Origin: a virus
IMG/VR virus record: IMGVR_UViG_3300036834_000211
Coordinates: 50,542-114,541 of that record
Strand: one strand, 5' to 3'
DNA: 64,000 nucleotides
The position numbers were made by a program, and so were the translations under genes. The notes under the pieces are model-generated. The model made no database searches, was not told the DNA's origin, and saw only the letters and a program-made list of their open reading frames with translations. Below, piece by piece: positions 44,352 to 54,097 of this stretch (its first letter is position 1; each line of letters starts with the position of its first letter).

Positions 44352-44400
44352 TATGCAAGGTATCACCCGACCTCTCAATCAAGCTGGACGGCACGCGCAG
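44352..44400 (-). repeat. Dispersed structured repeat, partial copy
   Basis: TATGCAAGGTAtCACcCGaCcTCTCAATCAAGCTGGACGGCACGC nearly identical to 22281-22325. Confidence 0.75.
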
Positions 44401-44417
44401 ACTGACGCAGGCTTGAT

Positions 44418-45497
44418 ATGATGGTGCGGCGCTCCTCCGCTCCTGCCGAGACCCTGTCCGATCAGGTGGCAACTAGGCTGTCCAGGGGACGGACTCGAGA
44501 GGCCATCGAGGCCGATCCCAGAGACAAGCTCGGGTATTCCACTGGGAAGGTGATCACCACCGGCTCCACGCTCCTCGACCTGGCCATCTCTGGTGGCATC
44601 TACCCCGAGGGCGGGATCCCGCCCGGAATCATGGTTGAGATCTTCGGTCCGAGTGGATGTGGCAAGACAGTCTTGCTGTGCGAGATCGCTGGCGGTGTGG
44701 AGCGCCAGCACGGCGAGATCATGTTCCGCGATCCCGAGGGACGACTGAACAATCAGTTTGCCGCGCTGTTTGGATTTCACGTTGAGAACGCTGACTACAG
44801 TCGACCCGACACAGTTCCCGAGCTGTTCGAGCCGATCCGGAATTGGAATCCCAGAGCCAACGGCATCAACGGAGTCTTCGCCGACAGCCTCGCTGCCTTG
44901 TCCACAAAGATGGAGATGGAGGGGGACGACAAGTATGGGACAAGGAGGGCGAAGGAGTTCTCCGAGGAGTGTCGGAAGACCTGTCGTGTACTGGCGAACC
45001 GTGGATTCCTCATGGTTTGTTCGAATCAAGTGCGGCAGAACATCGACGCTGGTCCGTTCGAGGAGAAGTACAAATCGCCCGGTGGCGAGGCAGTTGGCTT
45101 CTACGCGTCGCTGCGTCTGCGCTGTCACTCCCCGGTGAAGACCCCACGCGAGATCTCGGTGGGTGGGAAGAAGCACAAGAGGACCGTCGGGGTCCACACC
45201 AAGATCGAGGTGTACAAGAGCTCCATCTGGGAGCCATACCACACGGCTCCAGTCCACATCCTCTACGATTACGGAATAGACGACATCCGGGCCAACTTGG
45301 AGTTTGTGAAGTCGGTGGTTGGAGGTACATTCTACATGCTCGACGAGACCTCTCGTCTCGATGCCGGGCTCGAGCGCAGTATAAAGATGGTCGAGGAGGG
45401 GGATTTGGATCTCAGGGTGAAGCGCTACACGATCCAGTTGTGGCACGAATTGGAGGAGAAGTTCAAGGTGTCGCGCCTCGTCAAGAGGCGCGAGTGA
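44418..45497 (+). CDS. RecA/UvsX-like recombinase
   Basis: TGSTLLDLAISGG, EIFGPSGCGKT, DSLAAL, NQVR, PGGEAVGFYASLR. Confidence 0.9.
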   Translation: MMVRRSSAPAETLSDQVATRLSRGRTREAIEADPRDKLGYSTGKVITTGSTLLDLAISGGIYPEGGIPPGIMVEIFGPSGCGKTVLLCEIAGGVERQHGEIMFRDPEGRLNNQFAALFGFHVENADYSRPDTVPELFEPIRNWNPRANGINGVFADSLAALSTKMEMEGDDKYGTRRAKEFSEECRKTCRVLANRGFLMVCSNQVRQNIDAGPFEEKYKSPGGEAVGFYASLRLRCHSPVKTPREISVGGKKHKRTVGVHTKIEVYKSSIWEPYHTAPVHILYDYGIDDIRANLEFVKSVVGGTFYMLDETSRLDAGLERSIKMVEEGDLDLRVKRYTIQLWHELEEKFKVSRLVKRRE

Positions 45498-45820
45498 CCG
45501 ACTGGCACCGCGAGTACCTCGACCTGGTCAAGTATCTCTGGAGGGGATACTCGGTTTACGTGTCGAATGGGGCGACGAACGCGACCTTCGAGCGACACAT
45601 CTGGCCAGTCATCAGGGATGCTAGGAAGAGGCTCAGGGACAATCCGCAGACCAAAGTCCTCTCCACGAATCGTGACAAGTTGGCGAGATCTTTGTACGAA
45701 ATGTTCGAGATGCGCACCAGCCAGGATTGGCAGAACGTTGGGGACGAGGGTAACTATCCCGACATGCACAAGGAGTGGTTGGAAGCGGCGGACGAACTTG
45801 TTGAGAAACTCTCGAAATGA
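45494..45820 (+). CDS. Hypothetical protein
   Basis: GTGA-coupled start after recA (VTDWHREYLDLVKY...). Confidence 0.55.
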   Translation: MTDWHREYLDLVKYLWRGYSVYVSNGATNATFERHIWPVIRDARKRLRDNPQTKVLSTNRDKLARSLYEMFEMRTSQDWQNVGDEGNYPDMHKEWLEAADELVEKLSK

Positions 45821-46335
45821 AGGCCGGCGGAGGAAGCCCGAAGGGCGGGGAGCGCGAGCGAGGGGTGTGCAAGCGCCTGTCCCTGTGGGTGTCAAATGGT
45901 GCGAGCACCGACTTGTTCTGGCGCAGTGCGATGAGCGGCGGTCGAGCGACCGTCCAGCTGAAGTCCGGCAGGGTGAACGTCAGGCAATCAGGCGACATTT
46001 GCGCGATCGATCCGCTGGGCTACCCGTTCGTGGAGGCCAACTTCACAGAGGTAAAGCACTACAAGGACCTCAACATTGCCCGTGGGTTCGTGTGCCAGAC
46101 CGGTGTTCTGATCAGCTTCTGGCGCCACGCCCGCCGCGAGGCTGCGAAGTACGGCAAGCGACCGCTGCTGGTGGCTCAACAAAATCGATATCCGACCTTG
46201 GCGATTACCGATTGGGGCGCCGGTATATTCGAGGGTGATCCGGTGATCGAGCTGTACCGATGGGAGGCCTGGGTCTACCTGTTCGACGAGGTTACTAGGG
46301 TGAGGACGAGATTGATGAGGAGGAGGGCGAGTTGA
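45817..46335 (+). CDS. Holliday junction resolvase (PD-(D/E)xK)
   Basis: KGGERERGVCKRLSLW, WRSAMSGGRAT, GDI, EVKHY. Confidence 0.8.
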   Translation: MKAGGGSPKGGERERGVCKRLSLWVSNGASTDLFWRSAMSGGRATVQLKSGRVNVRQSGDICAIDPLGYPFVEANFTEVKHYKDLNIARGFVCQTGVLISFWRHARREAAKYGKRPLLVAQQNRYPTLAITDWGAGIFEGDPVIELYRWEAWVYLFDEVTRVRTRLMRRRAS

Positions 46336-46724
46336 TGTCGAATAATCCGCTTGAGGATCTTCTGGGCAGCAGGTCGAGACGCAAGCCTCGACCGTACATC
46401 GACCCGGACGTCGAGGAGACACGCCTCCGCGACGCCTGCGCCGTGTTCCTCCGTGAGTACGGTTTCGTGGTGGGTGACCTCGTGGTTCTCAAGCGGGGCA
46501 TCCGGATCGAGAGCGCCCTCGAAGGGAGAGGGAGCGAGCCCGTCTACGTCGTGTTGGACTTAATCGACGACGCCGAGATGGTACTCGACGTGACTCATTT
46601 GGAGCACTATGGCATCCGCTACGACGTCATCATCGGACACTACGACGAGGACGGGGATTTCATCACGAGCCCGATGGATTCGCGCCGTCTTCAGCCGTGG
46701 GTGCGCCAGGGAACCGAGATGTGA
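46332..46724 (+). CDS. Hypothetical protein
   Basis: VGDLV.LK.G...DSRRLQPW pattern. Confidence 0.6.
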   Translation: MMSNNPLEDLLGSRSRRKPRPYIDPDVEETRLRDACAVFLREYGFVVGDLVVLKRGIRIESALEGRGSEPVYVVLDLIDDAEMVLDVTHLEHYGIRYDVIIGHYDEDGDFITSPMDSRRLQPWVRQGTEM

Positions 46725-47161
46725 GCAAGCCGATCCTCTGCGTCGACTTCGACGGCGTGATTCATTCGTACTCCAGTGGATGGCAGGGAGCGACCGCGAT
46801 CCCCGATCCGCCTGTACCCGGTGCGCTGCGCTGGCTCCTCAGGGCGTCGGAGTGGTGGGACGTTCAGGTCTACTCCAGCCGGACCAAGGAACCCGGTGCC
46901 GTCCCGGCCATGCGCGAATGGATGCGGATGTGGGCCGTCGCCGAGTTCTGTACTGGGGTTTATGACGAGAAGCTCCGCGGATACCCGACTGTAGCTTGGG
47001 TTGATACAGAGTTTATGCCGTTGATCAAATTCCCCGAGCAGAAGCCGGCGGCTAACCTGACTATCGACGACCGAGCGATCTGCTTCGACGGCGTGTGGGA
47101 TACGCTCGACCCTCAGGCCTTGCTTGGCTTTAAGCCCTGGAACAAGCGATGCAGTGGCTGA
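46721..47161 (+). CDS. HAD-family hydrolase
   Basis: CVDFDGVIHSY, KPAA...IDDRA. Confidence 0.85.
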   Translation: MSKPILCVDFDGVIHSYSSGWQGATAIPDPPVPGALRWLLRASEWWDVQVYSSRTKEPGAVPAMREWMRMWAVAEFCTGVYDEKLRGYPTVAWVDTEFMPLIKFPEQKPAANLTIDDRAICFDGVWDTLDPQALLGFKPWNKRCSG

Positions 47162-47167
47162 CAATTT

Positions 47168-48154
47168 ATGTACCTCCTCTGCACCGACCTCCATCTGGAC
47201 GATCAGAAAGCCAACGAGTACCGCTGGCAGGTATTCGACGAGATCACTCACACTTGCCGGCGTCGCCCCATCTCACGCGTGTACTGCCTGGGGGACATGA
47301 CCGACAAGCGCGACCGGTTCTCGGCCGAGATGCTCAATCGACTCGTGCGATGCTGGTTGGAGATTATGCAGTATGCGAATAGACCGGATCGGATCAGTAT
47401 CATCCGCGGGAATCACGACACGACGGTGGCCGGCCCGGCGTTCTGGGAATTCCTGTCTCAGATTCCGGGCATCGAGTACGTGACGAGACCGACTACCCAC
47501 GGTGATCTGATCTTGCTTCCGTTCTCGCCCAACCCGAGGGTCGAATGGGCCGACATAGTGTGGCGGGACTACGCGGCCGCATTCCTCCACGCCACGCCGC
47601 GGGGCGCCCTCGCCGAGAATGGCTTCGAGCTGTCTGGAACGGACCTGCCCGTACTGCCCGGCTCGCTCAAGATCTACAGCGGCGACGTCCACACTCAGCA
47701 GCGGGTGCGCAACTGGACGATGGTGGGTGCGCCCCACCCGGTCAAGTTCGGTGACCACTATCCGTGTCGATTCCTGCTCCTCGACGAGGACACGTACGAC
47801 GTGGTCGAGGAGATTCCACTAAATCCTATCGGCAAGCGTGTGGTCGAGATCAATTCGATGGACGACTTGTGGCTCGCCGAGACCAGGCCGGGCGACCAGG
47901 TGAAGTTCCGTGCCGTGCTGCCCCCGGGCGAGGTCGACTGGGGCTCGCTGGAAGCCGCGGTCGAGGAGTTCGCCCGCGAGCGCCGCGTCGAGGTCGCGTC
48001 GATCGAGGGGTCGTACGACCTGCCGGCCCAGTCAGGTCAGCCTAGCGAGGAGATGGAGCCCGAGGAGCTCCTCCGCGCATTCGCGAGAGAGGAGGAGGTG
48101 TCCGGCGAGCTGCTGGACGTGGGTATGGGATTGTTGAGGGAGGTGAGGGGATGA
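47168..48154 (+). CDS. SbcD/Mre11-like metallophosphoesterase nuclease
   Basis: TDLH, LGD, GNHD, SGDVH. Confidence 0.9.
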   Translation: MYLLCTDLHLDDQKANEYRWQVFDEITHTCRRRPISRVYCLGDMTDKRDRFSAEMLNRLVRCWLEIMQYANRPDRISIIRGNHDTTVAGPAFWEFLSQIPGIEYVTRPTTHGDLILLPFSPNPRVEWADIVWRDYAAAFLHATPRGALAENGFELSGTDLPVLPGSLKIYSGDVHTQQRVRNWTMVGAPHPVKFGDHYPCRFLLLDEDTYDVVEEIPLNPIGKRVVEINSMDDLWLAETRPGDQVKFRAVLPPGEVDWGSLEAAVEEFARERRVEVASIEGSYDLPAQSGQPSEEMEPEELLRAFAREEEVSGELLDVGMGLLREVRG

Positions 48155-48765
48155 GTATGAAACTCTATCAGATCGAGCTGACCCACCTGAAGACCACACC
48201 ACATCCCAACGTCGATCCTGGGTCGTGGGCCAGGCTGTCAGAGTCCTTCAAGGACGACCCGGCCACCGCCTGGAGAGTGGTTGAGCGCGGATACCAGTCT
48301 CGCGAGGCCGCTGCCGAGCGCCTGCGCCGACTGACCCACCGCGAGGAGTTCTATCCCACCAGGAGGTCGATCGAGACCGGCGACTACGCCGGTGCCATTT
48401 CCGAGTACGAGCCCCCCGAAGGTCTGCCCTTCATCATTCGGAACGAGAGACTTGAGATTGTCCGCAACGTCGACCCACCGAGGTATCTGATGGCGACTGC
48501 GGCCGCTCACCTGATGGGTGACCTCTCCGAGGATGCCCCGCACCCGTGCGTCATCTACGCCGAGGATTGGGACGTGTACTACGGAACGTGGGTGCTCGGA
48601 GCTGGCTTCGTCGACGTCAGGTTCCCCAAGGAGACGACCAGGCTGCCGACCCCCGGTGAGAAGGAATACTGGGAGAGCAGGACGATTGGTGGCATCGGCC
48701 TGCCGTATCGCATCAGTTTCGACGAGAACAAGCGGATCGTGGATCCGCGCATCCTGGGCGGGTGA
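48151..48765 (+). CDS. Hypothetical protein inserted between the sbcD- and sbcC-like genes
   Basis: 204-aa coupled ORF. Confidence 0.65.
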   Translation: MSMKLYQIELTHLKTTPHPNVDPGSWARLSESFKDDPATAWRVVERGYQSREAAAERLRRLTHREEFYPTRRSIETGDYAGAISEYEPPEGLPFIIRNERLEIVRNVDPPRYLMATAAAHLMGDLSEDAPHPCVIYAEDWDVYYGTWVLGAGFVDVRFPKETTRLPTPGEKEYWESRTIGGIGLPYRISFDENKRIVDPRILGG

Positions 48766-49007
48766 TGTCGAAGCTCGAGATAGACGGCGTGGAGATCGCC
48801 CAGATCGAAGACGGTTGTGCGAGAGCACTCATTCAGATGGCTGAGCGCACGGGGAAGGGACTCGTGGCCAGTGTCGAGCCCTTTCAGGTTCGACGAGATG
48901 ACTTTGACGTCAAGGCGTTAGAATTGGGATTGAGTGGGCACCACGCAGTTTACAGGCATCATCAAGAATGGGAAACTAACTTGAAGATCTGGTTTCGCGA
49001 CAGGTGA
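48762..49007 (+). CDS. Hypothetical protein
   Basis: 81-aa coupled ORF. Confidence 0.5.
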   Translation: MMSKLEIDGVEIAQIEDGCARALIQMAERTGKGLVASVEPFQVRRDDFDVKALELGLSGHHAVYRHHQEWETNLKIWFRDR

Positions 49008-49017
49008 GAATCGGACC

Positions 49018-50862
49018 GTGAGACACATCTCCCTCCAGTCTGTTAGCATGACTAACTTCAAGTCGTTCGCCTCGGCCAGCGTAGACCTGAGGCGGGGACC
49101 CGGCCTGCGGATGATCTTCGGCGAGAACCGGAAGAAGCCGCGCCTCGGCGCGAACGGTGCTGGTAAGTCAACAATCTGGGATGCGGTCGAGTTCAGTCTG
49201 AGTGGGCGGTCCGTGCGCGGCAAGCGCGCGTCCGAGTTGGTGACTACCGGTTGTAAGAAGACCATCGTGGAGACGACCTGGCTGATTGACGGCGAAGTCC
49301 GGACCGTCGTGCGCTCATATCCACCTGAGCGCGTATACGTCGACGGCGAGCAGTCCGATCAGCGCGCTGTGGACGAGCTGATGGGCATGACCCGCGACCG
49401 CCGTCTGGCGTCGGTGATCTTCGGTCAAGCTAAGCCACTGTTCATCGATCTCCCCGTCCCCGAGCGCGGTGACCTGCTCGACGAGGTGCTGGGCCTCGGG
49501 TTCTGGATGCGCGCGGCGGACTTAGCGACGTCGAGGTGGAATGCCGCCGGCGTCGAGATGCAGAAGTTGCAGCGCGAACTGGCCAGGCTGGACGGTGCCC
49601 TGGCCGAGCTACCAAGCGAGGAGAGTCTATCGGCATCCGTCTCGGCCTACGAGGAGGACCGCGATCGGCAGCTCGTCGAACTCCGAGAGCGACGTCGTTC
49701 GCTCGACGCCGAGTACCGGAAGCTGCGTCGCGAGCTGGTAGCTACCCAGGTTGACGTCGATAGGGAGGAGGAAGTTAGTAGGTTGCGCGACGATCTGCGC
49801 GACCTGGCGTCGAAGCAGTCGGCAGAGGTTGCGGTGCTCCAGTCAGAGATCGCCGGCCTGGACGGAGACATCAAGTTCTTCGGCGATACGGGGGAGTGCC
49901 CCACCTGCGGCCAGGAGATATCCGAGAGGCATGCCGAGACGTGTATTAATGAGATGACTGGTGAGCGGGGTGAGAAGTTCGATCTTCTGTGTACGATCCA
50001 GTCTTCCCTGGCTGCGACGCACGAGCGCCTGGACGTCCAGGCGAACGACCTGCGCGCCCTCGTCGACAAGAACCGCGACCGGCACCGGCTGGTACTGGCC
50101 GTGGCTAACAAGAAGTCTGATGTAAGTATCGTCGACAACAGGATCCAGCTGATACTCGACCAGGTCAATCCCCACGAGGAGCAGCTTCGGACGATTGCGG
50201 ATCGTCGCATCGTTCTCGACGGTCAGCTCAAATCCAAGCGAGCGGACGAGGCAGCGCTGTCCATGCGGATCGACCGCCTGGACTTCTGGAGGCAGGGCTT
50301 CCGTCGCGTCCGCGTGTTCTGCCTGGCGCGGGTGCTGGCCGAGCTGGAGGTCGCGACGATGAGTGAGGCGCGCAGCCTGGGCCTGGTGGGCTGGCGTATT
50401 AGGTTTAGCGGTGAGACCGAGACCAAGTCCGGCACCGTCCGGCTGGGCGTCCAGGCCGTCGTCGAGGAGGACGGTGTCCGCCGCGACTTCGACGCCTGGA
50501 GTCCTGGCGAAGGTCAGCGCATACGGTGCGCCTGCGCGCTCGGCCTGGGATCCCTCGTGCAGCGACACTCGGGGGTCTGGTACGACCTGGAGGCGTGGGA
50601 CGAGCCCACCGCCTGGCTGGCGGCCGAGGGCATCGATGATCTGTTCGAGAGCCTGAGGGAGCGCGCCTACTCCCGCAGCAAGTCCATCTGGGTCGTCGAC
50701 CCGCGGGCCGGGCTGTCACACGGCGGTTTCGACGAGGTGTGGAACGTCGTGAAGTATGCCAGCGGATCCCGGATTGACGTCGCGCGGTCGGATCAGGCGA
50801 TGCGCGCCGGGATTGCTCACGCGAAGTCGCAAGGTCGTATAATTAGGCATGGCTCTTGCTAG
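49018..50862 (+). CDS. SbcC/Rad50-like ATPase
   Basis: NFKSF, GANGAGKST, coiled coil with CPTCGQ hook, WSPGEGQR signature, WDEP. Confidence 0.9.
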   Translation: MRHISLQSVSMTNFKSFASASVDLRRGPGLRMIFGENRKKPRLGANGAGKSTIWDAVEFSLSGRSVRGKRASELVTTGCKKTIVETTWLIDGEVRTVVRSYPPERVYVDGEQSDQRAVDELMGMTRDRRLASVIFGQAKPLFIDLPVPERGDLLDEVLGLGFWMRAADLATSRWNAAGVEMQKLQRELARLDGALAELPSEESLSASVSAYEEDRDRQLVELRERRRSLDAEYRKLRRELVATQVDVDREEEVSRLRDDLRDLASKQSAEVAVLQSEIAGLDGDIKFFGDTGECPTCGQEISERHAETCINEMTGERGEKFDLLCTIQSSLAATHERLDVQANDLRALVDKNRDRHRLVLAVANKKSDVSIVDNRIQLILDQVNPHEEQLRTIADRRIVLDGQLKSKRADEAALSMRIDRLDFWRQGFRRVRVFCLARVLAELEVATMSEARSLGLVGWRIRFSGETETKSGTVRLGVQAVVEEDGVRRDFDAWSPGEGQRIRCACALGLGSLVQRHSGVWYDLEAWDEPTAWLAAEGIDDLFESLRERAYSRSKSIWVVDPRAGLSHGGFDEVWNVVKYASGSRIDVARSDQAMRAGIAHAKSQGRIIRHGSC

Positions 50863-51055
50863 GTACTACCCGCGCCAAAAGGCGGAGATACTCGAGAAGA
50901 TTGCTGCTGTCGAGGAGCAGGGTGATCTTGAGGCTCGCATTCGAATTATGACTGAGCACGAACTGAGCGAGGATGAGCTCCTCGAGTGGCGACGTCGGTT
51001 TGCGATTCGTGGTGTGTCGGCCCTCCGTACGACCAGGACTCAGAATTTTAGGTGA
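50849..51055 (+). CDS. SciP/DUF1153-like protein (CtrA-inhibitor family)
   Basis: R...RQKAEI...LSEDELLEWRRR...GVSALRTTRTQNFR closely follows the DUF1153 pattern. Confidence 0.65.
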   Translation: MALARYYPRQKAEILEKIAAVEEQGDLEARIRIMTEHELSEDELLEWRRRFAIRGVSALRTTRTQNFR

Positions 51056-51061
51056 CCCCTA

Positions 51062-51496
51062 ATGATTGTCGTGACCGCCAGTCGTTTCCACGATTTTTCT
51101 TATGGACATCGGGTATTTGGGCACGAGAACAAGTGTGCTCACCCCCACGGCCACAATGCCAGGGCCCACTTCAGCTGCTCTGCTCCAGAGCAGGACAGCA
51201 TCGGTCGAATCATTGACTTTGGTGTGATGAAGAGCCTCCTGTGCCAGTGGCTCGAGGACAACTGGGACCACAAGTTCTTGATTTGGGTGAGTGATCCCTC
51301 GTCCTGGGATCTGATCAAGTTGTATCCCGGAGGGGTGGTGAGCGTCCCTTTCAATCCCACCGCTGAGAACATGGCTCGGCACCTGTTGGAAGTCGTTGGT
51401 CCGCGGTGCCTGGTCGGTACGGGTGTCGAGTTGATTGAGGTCGAGGTCGAAGAGACTAGGAAGTGCAGTGCATCTGCCAGGATAGAGAAGGAGTAG
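51062..51496 (+). CDS. queD: 6-carboxy-5,6,7,8-tetrahydropterin synthase
   Basis: FSYGHR, CAHPHGHN, IDFG, WDHKFL, NPTAENMA, EET. Confidence 0.95.
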   Translation: MIVVTASRFHDFSYGHRVFGHENKCAHPHGHNARAHFSCSAPEQDSIGRIIDFGVMKSLLCQWLEDNWDHKFLIWVSDPSSWDLIKLYPGGVVSVPFNPTAENMARHLLEVVGPRCLVGTGVELIEVEVEETRKCSASARIEKE

Positions 51497-51497
51497 A

Positions 51498-52478
51498 TTG
51501 ATGAGCCATCGTACGTCTGCCAAGGTCGTCCTCGACTCGATCACCCCTCACGGTTCCGAGACGCGCCTGATGTCGATGTATGTCATCTTCCCCAAGATGA
51601 TCATTGGGGAACGCAACCGACATCGGGCGTTTAGCCTCTCCGATCGCTCCTCGCGCGCCGTACCACCCGAGAAGCTGATCGACGAGGTAGTTCTCGATCC
51701 GGCGATGCCGGCGAAGTTTCGCCGCCGATCTAAGGGGATGGGTGGTGGGGAGGAGTTGGTCGGTGACGAACTGGTCGAGGCTCAGGAGCGCTGGAGGAGG
51801 GCTGCCTTCACGGCGGCGGGATGGGCGGGCATTGCGGCGAAGGCTGGTGAGGCCAAGGAGACTGCGAACCGACCGATAGATCCGTACATTCGAATGCACT
51901 CGCTGATGACTGCGACTCGCGACTGCTGGCTGAACTTCTTCGGCCTGCGCCTCGACGAGGGAGCCGACCCGACGATCCAGGTACTGGCTCAGCGGTGCTT
52001 CGAGGTGTACAAAGACTCGACGCCAAAACTCCTGGAGCCGGGCGAGTGGCACCTGCCGTTCGTGGATGACGATGAGGTGTTTCAGAACTCGATGGGACCG
52101 GATGTCTGGACTATCGACGATAGACCTGGGAAGGGGCTGACCGTGATCGAGGTCGCGAAGCGTCTATCCGCCGCACGCTGCGCCCATCTGTCTTACAACG
52201 ATCTGGAGACCGGTAAGCGGATGACGGTCGATCGTGCTCTCTTGATCTACGATAAGCTGGTCACATCTCGTCCGCTTCACGCTAGTCCGTGCGAGCACCA
52301 GGCCACACCGGACGAATGGCGATCTTATGCTATGAAGCGCGAAGAGGTTGATGCGGGAACGCAGTATGGTGAGTGGGTACATCGGTCGGAGCACGGTAAT
52401 CTCCTCGGCTGGCGCCAGGCTCGCAAGATGTTGCCTGGCGAGGCCGTCGCCCCGCTCCCGGAGGGGTATGAATTGTGA
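51498..52478 (+). CDS. thyX: FAD-dependent thymidylate synthase (phage ThyX-like)
   Basis: RHRAFS..RSSRAVP, KETANR, NFFGLR, SAARCA, HASPCEHQATP. Confidence 0.8.
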   Translation: MMSHRTSAKVVLDSITPHGSETRLMSMYVIFPKMIIGERNRHRAFSLSDRSSRAVPPEKLIDEVVLDPAMPAKFRRRSKGMGGGEELVGDELVEAQERWRRAAFTAAGWAGIAAKAGEAKETANRPIDPYIRMHSLMTATRDCWLNFFGLRLDEGADPTIQVLAQRCFEVYKDSTPKLLEPGEWHLPFVDDDEVFQNSMGPDVWTIDDRPGKGLTVIEVAKRLSAARCAHLSYNDLETGKRMTVDRALLIYDKLVTSRPLHASPCEHQATPDEWRSYAMKREEVDAGTQYGEWVHRSEHGNLLGWRQARKMLPGEAVAPLPEGYEL

Positions 52479-52491
52479 TGGAGGAGATTCG

Positions 52492-53313
52492 ATGTTTGGT
52501 CTAAATCAAATTACTACGGCTAAGGATTTTGTGGGTCAGACTCCCTACACGTTGAAGGTTACTTCGATCTTCTATACATTGCAGGGTGAGGGCCCCTTTT
52601 CGGGACATCCTTGCGTATTCGTGCGCTTGTCCCACTGTCACCTCCAGTGCAAGTTCTGCGACACGTGGTTCGACAGTGGTGATGTGATGTCCTTCCCTGG
52701 TATCGTCGGAGCGGCTCGAGGATCCGTGCGACGATTTAATGAGATGCACGGTGGGTCAATTGACGAACTACCGGACTTGTTCGTCATTACGGGCGGTGAA
52801 CCGCTGCTCCAGCCCAATCTAGTGCGGTTTATTGATTACTTATCATTGAGTGGTATCCGAGTGCAGATTGAGACGACTGGGACGATCGATGTTGATGTCC
52901 CGCGCGATGTGGGTGCGTACGTGGTGTGCAGTCCGAAGCTCAATGCTCGTGGATTGCCGTTGCACATCTCACTGTCGATGCTCGAACGTGTTGACTGCAT
53001 GAAGTGCGTCGTGTCCAAGACTGATCTACTTTACAATGACATCCCATTCTTGGTACTGTATTGGCGAGATCAGCATCCCGATCGGCCAGTCTACGTGTCA
53101 CCAATGAACACCTACCTCAAGCCACCAGTCAAGCTGGGGGTTGATGGGTCGCTCGAGGGTCGAAGTGAGACGGACGAGCGCATTTCATTCTGGACGCCCG
53201 GACTGCTTGATCTTGAGGCAAATCGGGTGAACCACGAGTACGCAGCCGAATTGGCACTGCGCCATCGAGTGCGACTGACCCTGCAGACGCACCTGTACGC
53301 GAGTCTGCCGTGA
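52492..53313 (+). CDS. queE: 7-carboxy-7-deazaguanine synthase (radical SAM)
   Basis: IFYTLQGEG, FVRLSHCHLQCKFCDT, TGGEPLLQ, IETTG, SPK, LQTH. Confidence 0.95.
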   Translation: MFGLNQITTAKDFVGQTPYTLKVTSIFYTLQGEGPFSGHPCVFVRLSHCHLQCKFCDTWFDSGDVMSFPGIVGAARGSVRRFNEMHGGSIDELPDLFVITGGEPLLQPNLVRFIDYLSLSGIRVQIETTGTIDVDVPRDVGAYVVCSPKLNARGLPLHISLSMLERVDCMKCVVSKTDLLYNDIPFLVLYWRDQHPDRPVYVSPMNTYLKPPVKLGVDGSLEGRSETDERISFWTPGLLDLEANRVNHEYAAELALRHRVRLTLQTHLYASLP

Positions 53314-53720
53314 ACCGGATCGTATTGACTTGGGAGCAGATCGACGATGCGTGTGGTAGATTGGCGCGCCTGCTGAGGAATCCGAAGCCATCGGCCATCG
53401 TCGCGGTCCTGCGTGGGGGACTGGTGCCGGCTACGATACTGTCGTATGCCCTCGGTGCCCCGATCGTCGACGTCGTCGATCCCAGGCGATCCTCGACCTA
53501 TCGTCCCGGTCGCGACCTTCTCGTTGTTGATGACGTGTGCGATACGGGTGCTACACTCGAGCATCTGCGTTCGTACTTCCCCAATGCGCGATTTGCAGCG
53601 TTGTACACAAAGCCAATTGGCGAGGCTTTGTGCAGTTTTGTCGTCCATCCCTTCATCATCCCCGTGCCTCAGGATACGTGGATCACGTTCCCGTGGAGCC
53701 CGAATGACCATCTCGAGTGA
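53310..53720 (+). CDS. Purine phosphoribosyltransferase (Gpt-like)
   Basis: RGGLVPA, LVVDDVCDTGAT PRPP loop, WITFPW. Confidence 0.9.
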   Translation: MNRIVLTWEQIDDACGRLARLLRNPKPSAIVAVLRGGLVPATILSYALGAPIVDVVDPRRSSTYRPGRDLLVVDDVCDTGATLEHLRSYFPNARFAALYTKPIGEALCSFVVHPFIIPVPQDTWITFPWSPNDHLE

Positions 53721-53727
53721 GGAGCCC

Positions 53728-53743
53728 TTGCAATTTCTCGCAA
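53728..53743. promoter_or_regulatory. TTGC-N8-GCAA operator upstream of the XRE HTH gene
   Basis: TTGCAATTTCTCGCAA. Confidence 0.6.
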
Positions 53744-53791
53744 GAACTGCAATATTTTATGCGAACGATTTGTAGGACTTACTGAGGTAAT

Positions 53792-54097
53792 TTGGGAATG
53801 AGAATTCACTCGAGTAACTCCATTGGCAGAGTTCTCAGAGAAGCTCGAGAGGGTCTGAGACTTAGTCAGGGAGATCTAGCGGCACTGCTTGGTATCTCAC
53901 CTTCGTGCCTGAATCGGGTTGAGCATGGTAAGCGAGCATTCGACACGGATTGGATGGTGCGGATGCCTTCCATCATGTGCTCCGCTGTGAGGAGTGCACT
54001 CCTCTTGGAGTTCGAGGATGTTCGGGGACCCCGCGTCGTCCCTCGATTCCGCAGGAGATCGTGTCCTCTTGGTGAGGGCGTACAGATTAGTGAGTGA
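53792..54097 (+). CDS. XRE-family HTH transcriptional regulator
   Basis: LREAREGLRLSQGDLAALLGISPSCLNRVEHGKR. Confidence 0.85.
   Translation: MGMRIHSSNSIGRVLREAREGLRLSQGDLAALLGISPSCLNRVEHGKRAFDTDWMVRMPSIMCSAVRSALLLEFEDVRGPRVVPRFRRRSCPLGEGVQISE

Noticed and set aside
53792-54097. XRE gene as evidence of a temperate lifestyle
   Set aside because: No integrase, att site or partition genes in the window; lifestyle cannot be determined here.
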